From positions 2,681 through 66,680 of the forward strand of contig CAAELZ010000074.1 of assembly GCA_900756945.1 (NCBI GenBank): a stretch of DNA of 64,000 nucleotides, read 5' to 3'. Source of the DNA: an uncultured Collinsella sp. (GTDB lineage Bacteria > Actinomycetota > Coriobacteriia > Coriobacteriales > Coriobacteriaceae). Each line of letters begins with the position of its first letter. The stretch's first letter is position 1. The notes under the pieces are model-generated. The model did no database searches. It saw only the letters and a list, made by a program, of their open reading frames with translations, and was not told where the DNA came from. Of the stretch, positions 10,393 through 20,232 are shown in pieces. The translations under genes were made by a program, and so were the position numbers.

Positions 10393-11733
10393 CTAACTCC
10401 ATTCAGCGATGTCGATCATTCTTTCGAGGCGCCACGTTAGCGCCTCTTTTAGATAAGGTAGTCTCGCTGCTAGGGCATCGTTTTTAGACAGAATCTCGAT
10501 TGCCTCGTCGACAAAGCCTTTGAGTTTGTCTCCATCGAACCAGCCCATGTCCTCGACGAGCAGCATTTGTTTGGCGGGGCTTGAATGAAACTGCGCGCTG
10601 GTAAAACTGTGCTCTCCCGCCCTAAGCTCCTCAAGAGAAATGTTGCACCAGAGTGATGAGCCCGAATCGAAGATGGGGGCTGGTCTGCAGATTAGTGAGT
10701 TGACGTTTCGCACGAGGCCGAAGTTGCGCCAATGGCGGTCATAGTTGGCGATGATGTCGTCGCACACGATCATGCGGTCAAGGGCATCCTTGACGCCTGT
10801 CGCCCCGAACTCCTCGCAGTTTGCTACATATCGCTCGTAGTCGGTTAGCCGTTCATCTGCGTTTGCGTGCTGGTTTACATAGAACGCAGGAACATACTCT
10901 TCTTCATCAGTTAAGAAGACATCGCATGTGCTCAGGGCGGAAGTACCCGTGCCCTCGAGCGAGTAAGGTACATAATCGCAGGCGTTTAGGATGCGACGGT
11001 GGAGCGCGGTCGCTACCAGCTCGTTATAAGGTTCCTGGTTCAGGTGCGCTCCTGCCTTATGCAGAATTCGACGCTCGCCCTCGCACGTCCAGTACTTTTG
11101 AAGATTGCCGTCCGAGGTGTTGTCGGGCTTTGCGGCAGCTGCCTTACCCTCCGGGGCGAAGGGTGCAATGGTTAGCGAGACGTCATCAAAGGCGTTATTG
11201 AAGAAGTTGATATCCTCCCAGGCGAGACCGGAACCTTGGGGCCTAATCCAATACTGGTCGGATAAGGAGAGGCCAAGATTTCGCTGTACGAGTTCATCGG
11301 GAACATCGACTGCGGCTTCTGCAAGCAGGGAGGCTAGCCCAATGCGTGCGAGCGGGATACCGCGGCCGCGCCACCAGATGCGGAAGGAGTCGAGCGATAT
11401 GGGGCTATTGGGGCCAAATACCCCAATAGGGGCGTGGGCGTAATCGATGTCGGCGCCGATGTGGGTAAAGTCTTTTCGCGATGTGCTGTAGACCAGCTGA
11501 GCGACTTCGTGCGTGCGATTCATGAGGGTGAACGCGATCTCGCTCTTACCGTGGCCGCGGCGGGGACGTCCCCCCGTTTTGGTCACGGAGCGGAGTCGCG
11601 TGTCGACGCTGTTTTTGTCGATGAGCCATACACCAGAAGCCTTGCGGGCCTCAAGTGCTCCGTTTTTTATGAGTTCCTGCACCCTGCGTGGAGTGATGCC
11701 GAGCAGCTCGGCGGCTTCCTTGGTAGTAAGCAT
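10393..11733 (-). CDS. Excisionase-type HTH fused to a HipA-like Ser/Thr kinase domain
   Basis: N-terminal MLTTKEAAELLGITPRRVQELIKNGALEA..GVWLI. Kinase motifs SDGNLQKYW, EPYNE, DDIIANYDRHWRNFG and APIFDSGSSL. Confidence 0.75.
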   Translation of the reverse strand: MLTTKEAAELLGITPRRVQELIKNGALEARKASGVWLIDKNSVDTRLRSVTKTGGRPRRGHGKSEIAFTLMNRTHEVAQLVYSTSRKDFTHIGADIDYAHAPIGVFGPNSPISLDSFRIWWRGRGIPLARIGLASLLAEAAVDVPDELVQRNLGLSLSDQYWIRPQGSGLAWEDINFFNNAFDDVSLTIAPFAPEGKAAAAKPDNTSDGNLQKYWTCEGERRILHKAGAHLNQEPYNELVATALHRRILNACDYVPYSLEGTGTSALSTCDVFLTDEEEYVPAFYVNQHANADERLTDYERYVANCEEFGATGVKDALDRMIVCDDIIANYDRHWRNFGLVRNVNSLICRPAPIFDSGSSLWCNISLEELRAGEHSFTSAQFHSSPAKQMLLVEDMGWFDGDKLKGFVDEAIEILSKNDALAARLPYLKEALTWRLERMIDIAEWS

Positions 11734-11743
11734 CGCGAAACCC

Positions 11744-11812
11744 TTCGTTAGAACGAACAGTTTTATCTATTCAATTGTAATTAAAACTATTCGTTCTGGC
11801 GAATAGTTTTAA
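11744..11812. promoter_or_regulatory. Palindromic operator-like sites upstream of the HTH-kinase gene
   Basis: Perfect 13-bp inverted repeat TTAAAACTATTCG-N6-CGAATAGTTTTAA (11781-11812), plus a related TTCGTT-AG-AACGAA site (11744-11757). Confidence 0.55.
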
Positions 11813-11956
11813 GATTGAGGGCGCACTGACAGAAATGAACGGGCCTGGTACGCGCTGTTGCTGGATTTTGCATATTTGTATAACGCCGTGCGGCCTGTTG
11901 CGCCTCGTCCGCAATTCCTTTATTCTTAACTGGCTTCGCGCGAAAGCGCCAAGTGT

Positions 11957-12031
11957 GCCAGTGTGGCGCAACGGTAGCGCAACTGATTTGTAATCAGTGG
12001 GTTGCAGGTTCGATCCCTGTCACTGGCTCCA
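11957..12031 (+). tRNA. tRNA-Thr(TGT)
   Basis: GCCAGTG/CACTGGC acceptor stem, CTGAT-TTGTAA-TCAG anticodon arm, GGTTCGATCC T-loop, encoded CCA. Confidence 0.96.
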
Positions 12032-12418
12032 TGAGTTTTCGCAGATCAGAGGTGTTATAGCCTCTGATTCTGCCTTCTCATGCAACAAACATGCAACAAT
12101 TAAATCTGAAAGTGAATTTGTGTGTGCTTTGTGACCGATGCTCATTGTCAATAAACGCGTGCAATGAAGCGGGAAAAGCCAAGCTTACAGTTGCTGTCTC
12201 CATTAGAGTTTTGGGCTTTGTGCCTCCAACTGGGATAGGGTGGAAAGTGACCAAGGCGCTGAGAGCTCCGACGCTACTTCTCGAAAGATCGCGCGCCGTG
12301 CACGGCTCTCTTTCCTGTAGCCCATGGGTATTACTATAGTCTAGATTCAATTCGGCGCGAGAAGTCAAGAGCGACAAGGGTTTCTCGTTGTTTGTGAGCA
12401 AGGCGATTGAAAGGACCC

Positions 12419-14272
12419 ATGATGATTAATAGCGTAGAGGACCCAACGGTTGCCAATATTCTGTCGACCGATATGCTAAAAATCTATGACATTCCTCGTT
12501 ACCAGCGCGAATACACTTGGAATCAGCGCGACTGGGCGAATCTCTATGACGATATCACCCAAAACGACGCCGGCTACTTCCTGGGCTCGTTTATTGTCGT
12601 GAACGGGACTGTGAATTCCAAGATGGATACCATTCACTATGAAGTTATCGATGGCCAGCAACGTCTGACGACGCTCAGCCTTTTCCTTGCTGCTCTCTAT
12701 GCTCGCATCATGGAACATAAGGATTCTATCGATGACGACATGATGTTGGACGATATCCGACCCCTGCGCAATCGTCTGATCTTGAAATCTGACAAGTCAA
12801 TGACACGCGTTATTCCTCAGGTCCAGAATCATAACCTTGAGGATTACCGCTGGATCTTAAAGGAACATATCGGTCTAGATGCGGTTATGCAAAAGCCGAA
12901 GTTCCTTGGTCTGAGAAAGATGTCTAAGGCATTCAACTATTTTTACGATCGGCTGGGTGAGGACGTTGAGGGCAGGGATGGAATCGAGTGCGTTCGCTGC
13001 CTCCTTGATATCTGCAGGTTGGTGTGTTCGGCGGTCGTGGTCCAGATTACCGTCGATAGTCATGCTGACGCCTACACCTTGTTCGCGTCCCTGAACAACC
13101 GCGGTGTTCCCTTGAGCGCCGTTGACCTTATCAAGAACATGCTTCTCGGCAAGGTTGCCGGGGTGGATGACGGACAGCTCAACTATTACTTTGAACGCTG
13201 GCAGGAAGTGCTCCACAATCTCGGCGATGACTACAAGACGCAGGAACGCTTCTTCCGCCAGAACTACGACGCCTTCCGCCGGGAGGTGAACAAGCCATTT
13301 ATCGGCGAATCTGGTTCCCAGCTCCCCCTCGGTTCCGTTGCCACGCGGTCCAACCTTCTGAAAATCTACGAGAAGCGGATGGAATCTGATGACGGCGCCC
13401 TTAAGGTGTTGGACGAGCTGACCGAGAATTCCGCACTCTATTCGAGGATCATTGGACTCGATCAAGAGAGCCCGGATTCCGAGCTTTCGCATCAGCTTTT
13501 GGAGCTTTCGAGAGCGCAGGGCGTCGCATCTTACCTGTTGCTGCTGTTCCTCTTTAAGAAGCAGAGCCAATTGGAGCTAAAAGATGAAACCCTCGCGCTT
13601 CTTGTTAAGCTCCTCGTCTGCTTCTTTGTCCGGCGCAACCTCACCGATACACCTCCCACACGTGATCTTGAGAGACTCTTCATCAGTATTTGTGAGAGCC
13701 TCGAAAGCGAGGGGCTCAAGGGCATTGCAGCCGCGGAGTACATCAAGAAGCGTCTCGTCGATGTGTCTGCCAGCGACGCTTTCTTCAAAGAACGTCTTGA
13801 GGGGCCGATTTACGACGTCAATCCCGATATGACGCGCTACATCCTTACTGTTATCGCATCTCCGAGCGTTACGAAAGAGATGAAGCCACTTTGGGAACGA
13901 TACGCCTCCGGAAACTACGTCTGGACAATCGAGCACATCTTCCCTCAGGGCAAGAACATTCCAGATGAATGGGTGAAGATGGTTGCGGACGGCGACATGT
14001 CTAAGGCGATTGAGGTGCAGGAGAAACAGGTCCACACGCTTGGTAATCTAACCATCACCGGGTATAACTCAAAGCTGAGCAACATGCCCTTTGTGACCAA
14101 GCGAGACCGCAAGGATGTCAACGGGGCGAATGTCGGATACCGCAACGGGTTGAACCTGAACGACGAGTTGATAAACACGGATACCTGGACTAGCGAGCAG
14201 ATTCAGGAGCGCACAGACAAGCTCGTTGGACTCACTTTGAAAGCTTTTGACTTTGACGAGATTGAGTTCTAG
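12419..14272 (+). CDS. DUF262 + DUF1524 (HNH) protein, GmrSD/SspE-like modification-dependent nuclease
   Basis: DUF262 motifs IPRYQREYTW, VIDGQQRLTT and FASLNNRGVPLS. C-terminal TIEHIFPQ...LGNLT...N. Visibly lower GC than its neighbours. The start may be 12422. Confidence 0.85.
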   Translation: MMINSVEDPTVANILSTDMLKIYDIPRYQREYTWNQRDWANLYDDITQNDAGYFLGSFIVVNGTVNSKMDTIHYEVIDGQQRLTTLSLFLAALYARIMEHKDSIDDDMMLDDIRPLRNRLILKSDKSMTRVIPQVQNHNLEDYRWILKEHIGLDAVMQKPKFLGLRKMSKAFNYFYDRLGEDVEGRDGIECVRCLLDICRLVCSAVVVQITVDSHADAYTLFASLNNRGVPLSAVDLIKNMLLGKVAGVDDGQLNYYFERWQEVLHNLGDDYKTQERFFRQNYDAFRREVNKPFIGESGSQLPLGSVATRSNLLKIYEKRMESDDGALKVLDELTENSALYSRIIGLDQESPDSELSHQLLELSRAQGVASYLLLLFLFKKQSQLELKDETLALLVKLLVCFFVRRNLTDTPPTRDLERLFISICESLESEGLKGIAAAEYIKKRLVDVSASDAFFKERLEGPIYDVNPDMTRYILTVIASPSVTKEMKPLWERYASGNYVWTIEHIFPQGKNIPDEWVKMVADGDMSKAIEVQEKQVHTLGNLTITGYNSKLSNMPFVTKRDRKDVNGANVGYRNGLNLNDELINTDTWTSEQIQERTDKLVGLTLKAFDFDEIEF

Positions 14273-14312
14273 TGACCGCCAGCCAATATCTTGGGGCATT
14301 CAGCCCAAGCGA

Positions 14313-14534
14313 TTCAATCTTGATCCGCAACATCTAGACCGGTATTTCTCTTCAAGCTGTTACAGATTGAGATGTTAAGACGGGTTGGTGGGTAATATCT
14401 CAATCTGTAACACGAAGAGGCTGAAAACCGTTCAAGCTGTTACAGAATGAGACGTAAGCTGGAATCTCTGCTTAATATCTCGATCTGTAACAGATAGGGG
14501 AGGAATAACCCTCTTACTGTTACAGATCGAGATG
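14313..14534. repeat. Array of alternating inverted ~20-bp repeats with an 80-bp period
   Basis: Forward CTGTTACAGA-like copies at 14357, 14437 and 14517. Reverse TAATATCTC(A/G)ATCTGTAACA copies at 14393 and 14473, with a degenerate copy at 14313. Confidence 0.85.
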
Positions 14535-14922
14535 AAAACGGTGAAGCCCATGGTCTGCTTGATCGAGCGAGGATTTTCGGACGAACGAGCGTGGAAAATC
14601 TCCCGCTTAGTGAATGATCGTGGATAATCTGCCACTTTGGCCTTGGGGGCACGCCAATAGTGGGAGATTGTCCACGCTCGATTTCAAACGGAAGAAAATC
14701 CACGCTCGAATCTGCCGCGGAAGCCCGATCTCGACCTATATATAGGTGCAAATAGGCTGTTATCGAAGTTCGATCCTGAAGGTGTACTCCACTACACCAA
14801 AGTGTTACCTTGGGAAACGTCACCGCTGTATCCAAAACCACCGTCCTTCACATCCAAACTCAACAAAACCGCAGGTCACGGCTATATAGATACGCCCGGC
14901 ACCGTGTATCTAGAGGTTTTCG

Positions 14923-14952
14923 TTGACAGCTCCCAAGGTGGCATCGTATTAT
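14923..14952 (+). promoter_or_regulatory. Probable sigma-A promoter of the tRNA-tuf operon
   Basis: TTGACA-N18-TATTAT upstream of tRNA-Tyr. Confidence 0.6.
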
Positions 14953-15014
14953 CTACTTCGTTCGCGGGGGCGGCGGTCCAAAAGACCAAAGGACCTGCGA
15001 ATACTTGAACGATT

Positions 15015-15096
15015 GGGAGTTTGCCCGAGTGGTTAATGGGGACGGGCTGTAAACCCGTTGGCTCTGCCTACATAGGTTCGAATCCTATAGCTCCCA
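15015..15096 (+). tRNA. tRNA-Tyr(GTA)
   Basis: ACGGG-CTGTAAA-CCCGT anticodon arm, long variable arm, GGTTCGAATCC. CCA is not encoded. Confidence 0.95.
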
Positions 15097-15106
15097 CCCG
15101 TCAAGT

Positions 15107-15182
15107 GCCTGTATAGCTCAGTCGGTAGAGCACTTCGTTGGTAACGAAGAGGTCACCAGTTCAAGTCTGGTTGCAGGCTCCA
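15107..15182 (+). tRNA. tRNA-Thr(GGT)
   Basis: TTCG-TTGGTAA-CGAA anticodon arm, TAGCTCAG D-arm, encoded CCA. Confidence 0.95.
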
Positions 15183-15185
15183 TCC

Positions 15186-15262
15186 GGCGGTGTAGCTCAG
15201 TTGGTTAGAGCACACGGTTCATACCCGTGGCGTCACTGGTTCGAATCCAGTCACCGCTACCA
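15186..15262 (+). tRNA. tRNA-Met(CAT), elongator type
   Basis: CACGG-TTCATAC-CCGTG anticodon arm, GGTTCGAATCC, encoded CCA. It lacks initiator features. Confidence 0.9.
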
Positions 15263-15358
15263 TAGGTAACACGGTGGCTTCTCAATAGTATGTTGAGAGG
15301 CCACTATGGTATAAAGGCAAAGTCCCGTCCGGGGACGACCTGTTTAGAGGAGGGCTTT

Positions 15359-16549
15359 ATGGCCAAAGAGAAGTTTGAGCGCACTAAGCCGCATGTTAAC
15401 ATCGGCACCATTGGTCACGTCGACCACGGCAAGACCACGCTGACCGCTGCCATCACCAAGGTTCTCTCCGAGACCGAGGGCTGCAAGGCTGACTTCACTG
15501 CGTTCGAGAACATCGACAAGGCTCCCGAGGAGCGCGAGCGCGGCATTACGATCTCCGTCTCCCACGTCGAGTACGAGACTGCTGCCCGTCACTACGCTCA
15601 CGTTGACTGCCCGGGCCACGCTGACTACGTCAAGAACATGATCTCCGGTGCTGCTCAGATGGACGGCGCTATCCTGGTCATCGCTGCCACCGACGGCCCC
15701 ATGGCTCAGACCCGCGAACACATTCTGCTCGCCCGTCAGGTCGGCGTTCCCTACATCGTCGTCTTCCTGAACAAGTGCGACATGGTCGACGATGACGAGC
15801 TCATCGACCTCGTCGAGATGGAGACCCGTGAGCTCCTCTCCGAGTACGATTTCCCCGGCGACGACATCCCCGTCATCCGTGGTTCCGCTCTGGGCGCTCT
15901 CGAGGGCGACGCCAAGTGGATGGACGCTATCCGCGAGCTCATGAACGCCGTCGACGAGTACATCCCGACGCCTGCTCGTAACAACGACCTCCCGTTCCTG
16001 ATGGCCGTTGAGGACGTTATGACCATCTCCGGCCGTGGTACCGTTGCTACCGGTCGTGTCGAGCGCGGTGAGCTCAAGCTCAACGAGCCCGTCGAGATCG
16101 TCGGCATCAAGGATACCCAGAACACCGTCGTTACCGGTATCGAGATGTTCCGTAAGTCCATGGACTTCTGCGAGGCTGGCGACAACGTCGGTCTGCTGCT
16201 CCGCGGCATCAAGCGCGAGGACATCGAGCGCGGTCAGGTTCTCTGCAAGCCCGGTTCGGTTACCCCGCACACCAAGTTCACCGGTGAGATCTACGTTCTG
16301 ACCAAGGAGGAGGGCGGCCGTCACACCCCGTTCTTCGATGGTTATCGTCCTCAGTTCTACTTCCGTACCACCGACGTTACCGGTACGGTCAAGCTCCCCG
16401 AGGGCACCGAGATGGCTATGCCTGGTGACCACATCACCATCGAGGGCGACCTCATCCACCCGATCGCCATGGAGGAGGGCCTGCGCTTCGCTATCCGCGA
16501 GGGTGGCCACACCGTCGGTTCGGGCATCGTCTCCACGATCATTGAGTAA
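15359..16549 (+). CDS. tuf: Elongation factor Tu
   Basis: [32 protein letters not shown] and NKCD motifs. GAGGAGG RBS. Confidence 0.99.
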   Translation: MAKEKFERTKPHVNIGTIGHVDHGKTTLTAAITKVLSETEGCKADFTAFENIDKAPEERERGITISVSHVEYETAARHYAHVDCPGHADYVKNMISGAAQMDGAILVIAATDGPMAQTREHILLARQVGVPYIVVFLNKCDMVDDDELIDLVEMETRELLSEYDFPGDDIPVIRGSALGALEGDAKWMDAIRELMNAVDEYIPTPARNNDLPFLMAVEDVMTISGRGTVATGRVERGELKLNEPVEIVGIKDTQNTVVTGIEMFRKSMDFCEAGDNVGLLLRGIKREDIERGQVLCKPGSVTPHTKFTGEIYVLTKEEGGRHTPFFDGYRPQFYFRTTDVTGTVKLPEGTEMAMPGDHITIEGDLIHPIAMEEGLRFAIREGGHTVGSGIVSTIIE

Positions 16550-16576
16550 ATTAGCTCTCTGATATAGTTGACTTAG

Positions 16577-16612
16577 AGAACCCGGCACTTATATGGGTGC
16601 CGGGTTCTTTTC
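16577..16612 (+). terminator. Intrinsic terminator after tuf
   Basis: AGAACCCGGCAC...GTGCCGGGTTCT followed by a T run. Confidence 0.85.
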
Positions 16613-16828
16613 TGCAATGGATATTGAGCCGTTGCTGGTGTCGAGAGGATCGATAATGGTCCTGGATGCACCGTCGATTAGCTTTCGATGGCTTCATTGA
16701 TGTGTTCCTAATATGAATGGATCCACCGAGAACCAATTGACTCGAGGTTTTCATTGACAGCACTTACGTGGAGCTGATAAAGTAACAACTCGTGCCCGTA
16801 CGGGGCGGAAATGAAAGGTTCAGGATAC

Positions 16829-16978
16829 ATGCGTACTCTAGTTACTCTTGCGTGCACTGAGTGCAAGCGCCGCAACTATACGACCACCAAGAACAAGTCG
16901 ACCATGCCTGATCGTATGGAGATCAAGAAGTATTGCCCCTGGTGCCGTCACCACACGCTGCACAAAGAGACTCGCTAG
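16829..16978 (+). CDS. rpmG: 50S ribosomal protein L33 (zinc-ribbon form, 49 aa; not in the ORF track)
   Basis: Hand translation gives [49 protein letters not shown]. Confidence 0.96.
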   Translation: MRTLVTLACTECKRRNYTTTKNKSTMPDRMEIKKYCPWCRHHTLHKETR

Positions 16979-16991
16979 TCTCTAGTCACAT

Positions 16992-17067
16992 ACGCCAGTA
17001 GTTCAATTGGTAGAGCATCGGTCTCCAAAACCGAGTGTTGAGGGTTCGAGTCCTTCCTGGCGTGCCA
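16992..17067 (+). tRNA. tRNA-Trp(CCA)
   Basis: TCGGT-CTCCAAA-ACCGA anticodon arm, encoded CCA; the usual position before secE. Confidence 0.96.
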
Positions 17068-17143
17068 GTCATTATTCCGTAAGCTCCCACTTGGGGGCTT
17101 ACGGTTTACTCATGTATAAGCGCATTGCGCGGAGGTAACCCAA

Positions 17144-17482
17144 ATGGCCAACAAGAAGAACAAGAAGAAGGCTCAGCATCCGGCACCTGCCAACAGCGCT
17201 GCCGCCAACTCCAAGGTTGAGGCCAAGAAGGCCGTTGCCAAGAAGAGCGAGAAGGCTGCGAAGTCCAAGAAGAACGAGAAGCCTGGTTTCTTCGCCCGCA
17301 CCAAGAAGTATTTCGCTTCGGTGAAGTCCGAGATGAAGCGTGTCACGTGGCCCGATAAGAAGGAGCTCGTGAACTACTCGGTCGTCGTTTGCGCTTCTCT
17401 GATCGTCGTCGGCGTCGTCATCGCTCTGCTCGATGCTGGCTTTGGCGAGGCTCTTGCTCTGTTCTCTGGATTGAGGGGCTAA
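17144..17482 (+). CDS. secE: Preprotein translocase SecE
   Basis: SEMKRVTWP followed by one TM helix; lies between tRNA-Trp and nusG. Confidence 0.93.
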   Translation: MANKKNKKKAQHPAPANSAAANSKVEAKKAVAKKSEKAAKSKKNEKPGFFARTKKYFASVKSEMKRVTWPDKKELVNYSVVVCASLIVVGVVIALLDAGFGEALALFSGLRG

Positions 17483-17485
17483 ACC

Positions 17486-18022
17486 ATGTCTAAGCGTTGG
17501 TACGTCGTTCACACTTACTCTGGATACGAGAACCGCGTTAAGTCCGATCTCGAGCATCGCATCGAGACCATGGGCATGCAGGACCGTATCTTTGATATCG
17601 AGATTCCTATGGAGCGCGTCACCGAGATCAAAGAGGGTGGCAAGCGCGAGACCAAGGATTCCAAGATCTTCCCGGGTTATGTCCTGGTCCGCATGGAGAT
17701 GGATGACGATGCTTGGACGTGTGTTCGCAACACGCCCGGCGTCACCGGTTTCCTAGGCGGCAACGGCAAGCCCGCTCCGCTTTCCCGTGACGAGTACAAC
17801 AAGATGACTCGTCGTCCCGGTAAGGGCGATTCGCCCAAGCGCACCTCGGTTGATATTCAGGTCGGCACGTCCGTCCGCGTCACCGATGGCCCGCTTACCG
17901 ACTTTGATGGCAAGGTCTCCGAGGTTAACACCGAGGCTGGCAAGCTCAAGGTCACGCTGATGATCTTTGGCCGCGAGACGCCGGTCGAGCTCGACTTTAA
18001 CCAGGTCGCTGTCATCGCTTAA
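17486..18022 (+). CDS. nusG: Transcription factor NusG
   Basis: WYVVHTYSGYE, FPGYVLV, TPGVTGF and the KOW-end IFGRETPVEL motifs. Confidence 0.97.
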   Translation: MSKRWYVVHTYSGYENRVKSDLEHRIETMGMQDRIFDIEIPMERVTEIKEGGKRETKDSKIFPGYVLVRMEMDDDAWTCVRNTPGVTGFLGGNGKPAPLSRDEYNKMTRRPGKGDSPKRTSVDIQVGTSVRVTDGPLTDFDGKVSEVNTEAGKLKVTLMIFGRETPVELDFNQVAVIA

Positions 18023-18142
18023 GTTTTCGTCCGTTCGCGCGAGCGTGCTTCTTCTGTGACTGCTCATCTCAGGAGTGCTTCTAACACGTGCGTGCTTACG
18101 ATATAGCAAGTACTTCACACTCGTGATTCGAAAGGAATGACC

Positions 18143-18571
18143 ATGGCTGAGAAGAAGGTTGCCAACGTCATTAAGCTCCAGATTCCTGCTGGTGCAGCTA
18201 ACCCCGCTCCTCCCGTCGGCCCCGCCCTGGGCGCTGCTGGCGTGAACATCATGCAGTTCTGCCAGGCCTTTAACGCCGAGACGCAGGACAAGAAGGGCGA
18301 CATCATCCCCGTTGAGATCTCTGTCTACGAGGACAAGTCCTTCTCCTTCATCACCAAGACCCCGCCGGCGGCTCACCTCATCAAGAAGGAGCTGAACCTT
18401 AAGTCTGGTTCCGCTAAGCCCCAGGCCGACAAGGTTGGTCAGCTCTCCCAGGAGCAGCTCACCAAGATCGCCGAGATCAAGATGCCGGACCTCAATGCCA
18501 ACGACATTGACGCCGCCAAGAAGATCATCGCCGGTACCGCCCGTTCCATGGGCGTCACCATCGCTGAGTAG
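18143..18571 (+). CDS. rplK: 50S ribosomal protein L11
   Basis: [17 protein letters not shown] and GTARSMG motifs. Alternative start at 18137. Confidence 0.97.
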   Translation: MAEKKVANVIKLQIPAGAANPAPPVGPALGAAGVNIMQFCQAFNAETQDKKGDIIPVEISVYEDKSFSFITKTPPAAHLIKKELNLKSGSAKPQADKVGQLSQEQLTKIAEIKMPDLNANDIDAAKKIIAGTARSMGVTIAE

Positions 18572-18646
18572 CGATTTCTTATGGTAACGACGGGTGCTCC
18601 GACCGGGGCGCCCGTTAAATGTGTGCAATAGGGCACACGATACGAT

Positions 18647-18674
18647 GTGGGAGGGCTCACGCCCGTTTAACCAC
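18647..18674 (+). promoter_or_regulatory. L1-binding autoregulatory mRNA site before rplA
   Basis: GTGG-GAG-GGC...GCCC-GTTTAA-CCAC stem with an asymmetric loop, directly before the rplA RBS. It resembles the 23S rRNA L1 site. Confidence 0.7.
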
Positions 18675-18688
18675 AGGAGGTAATGCAC

Positions 18689-19396
18689 ATGGCTAAGCAT
18701 GGTAAGAGCTATAACGCCGCTGCCGAGAAGATCGACCGCGCCACGCTCTACACCCCCCTTCAGGCTGCCAAGCTCATCAAGGAGCTCGACACCGCCAAGT
18801 TCGACGAGACCGTCGAGGCCCACTTCCGTCTGGGCATCGATACTCGTAAGGCCGACCAGAACATCCGTGGCTCCATCTCCCTGCCCCACGGCACCGGCAA
18901 GACCGTTCGTGTTGCCGTCTTCGCCGAGGGCGAGAAGGCCCGCGAGGCCGAGGCCGCCGGCGCCGACATCATCGGTTCCGACGAGCTCGTCGCCCAGATC
19001 CAGAAGGGCGAGATCAACTTCGACGCCGCTATCGCTACGCCGAACATGATGGCCAAGGTTGGCCGCATCGGTAAGATCCTTGGTCCCCGTGGCCTCATGC
19101 CGAACCCCAAGCTCGGCACCGTGACCATGGACGTCGCCAAGATGGTTTCCGAGCTCAAGGCTGGCCGCGTTGAGTACCGCGCCGACCGTTACGGCATCTG
19201 CCACGTGCCCCTGGGCAAGAAGTCCTTCTCTGAGCAGCAGCTCGTCGAGAACTACGCTGCCCTGTACACCGAGATCCTGCGCGTCAAGCCCTCTTCTGCT
19301 AAGGGCAAGTACGTCAAGTCCATCTCCGTGTCTTCCACCATGGGCCCTGGCGTCAAGGTCGATCCCGCTGTCCAGCGCGACTTCCTGGCTGAGTAA
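18689..19396 (+). CDS. rplA: 50S ribosomal protein L1
   Basis: [25 protein letters not shown] and SSTMGPG motifs. Confidence 0.97.
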   Translation: MAKHGKSYNAAAEKIDRATLYTPLQAAKLIKELDTAKFDETVEAHFRLGIDTRKADQNIRGSISLPHGTGKTVRVAVFAEGEKAREAEAAGADIIGSDELVAQIQKGEINFDAAIATPNMMAKVGRIGKILGPRGLMPNPKLGTVTMDVAKMVSELKAGRVEYRADRYGICHVPLGKKSFSEQQLVENYAALYTEILRVKPSSAKGKYVKSISVSSTMGPGVKVDPAVQRDFLAE

Positions 19397-19433
19397 CTAA
19401 CAGTTACTGCCTGAGCAAAGTAAGCATTGCTAA

Positions 19434-19472
19434 AGAAGCCCGGTTCTGCCTCGTGCAGGACCGGGTTTCTTG
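19434..19472. terminator. Terminator after rplA (possibly bidirectional)
   Basis: AGAAGCCCGGTTCTGC...GCAGGACCGGGTTTCTT hairpin between convergent genes. Confidence 0.7.
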
Positions 19473-19487
19473 CTATCGCGTCAAAAG

Positions 19488-19520
19488 CACCACAAAGGGG
19501 ACAGTGTCCCCTTTGTGGTG
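19488..19520. repeat. REP-like palindrome, copy 1
   Basis: CACCACAAAGGGGACA-G-TGTCCCCTTTGTGGTG; related copies lie at 22205 and 23107. Confidence 0.85.
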
Positions 19521-19521
19521 G

Positions 19522-20232
19522 TTACCAGGGGGTTCTGGCGGTCGAGGACTCGATGGCCTCGTGGCGCTTGAGCTCGCGGCGCATGGTTTGCGAGTTGAGC
19601 CAGGCTGCCTGCCATCCGCGGATGGGGTAGCGCGTCTGGTCGAGCTCAAACTGCGTATAGCCGCAGGCGTTGATGATCGTCGTTCCACACACATGCTGCC
19701 GCTCGCGCTGAAAATCGTAACCGTAGCTTTGGTGTACATGCCCATGCACCATGTAGTCGGCCCCCCAGGACTCAAGCGCTGTGTTAAAGCACTCAAACCC
19801 TCGATGCGGCAGATCGTCCAGATCACCCATACCGGCGGCGGGTGCATGGGTAAGCAGAATGTCGCACCCGCCGACCATCCTAACCTTACGCGACAGCTTG
19901 CGCATGCGCTTGGACATCTCGCGTTCGGTGTACATGTTGGCGCCGTCGCGATAACGCATGGACCCGCCAAGGCCCGCAATGCGAATCCCTCGGTACGTGT
20001 ACACGCTGTCTTCCACGCAGATACATCCGCCCGGTGCATGGCGCGCGTAGCGGTCGTCGTGGTTGCCACGAACGTACACAAGCGGTTTGTTGATGACAGT
20101 GACCAAAAACTCAAGATAGTCCGGATCCAGGTCGCCTGCGGATAGAATCAGGTCAACGTCCTCAAAGCGCTCCTTGCGAAAACATTCCCACAGGCAGCGC
20201 TCCTCTACATCGGCAATGGCTAGGATATTCAT
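19522..20232 (-). CDS. Calcineurin-like metallophosphoesterase
   Basis: IAD, SAGDL, VRGNHD, LLTHAP and VHGHVH motifs. Confidence 0.88.
   Translation of the reverse strand: MNILAIADVEERCLWECFRKERFEDVDLILSAGDLDPDYLEFLVTVINKPLVYVRGNHDDRYARHAPGGCICVEDSVYTYRGIRIAGLGGSMRYRDGANMYTEREMSKRMRKLSRKVRMVGGCDILLTHAPAAGMGDLDDLPHRGFECFNTALESWGADYMVHGHVHQSYGYDFQRERQHVCGTTIINACGYTQFELDQTRYPIRGWQAAWLNSQTMRRELKRHEAIESSTARTPW

Noticed and set aside
12078..12401. Small ORFs flanking the GmrSD-like gene (also 14440-14841 and 14802-15008)
   Set aside because: They have no clear RBS, motif or coding-like composition. They could be decayed remnants, but I cannot support a call.
14313..14534. 80-bp array as integron attC sites or dif/pdif sites
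   Set aside because: It contains GTT/AAC triplets but does not fit RYYYAAC...GTTRRRY or the 11-6-11 dif layout, and no integrase is nearby.
14850..14890. Possible attR copy of the tRNA-Thr 3' end
   Set aside because: There is only a short resemblance (TCCA...CGCAG(G/A)TCA) to the sequence after the tRNA, and no real direct repeat of the tRNA end.
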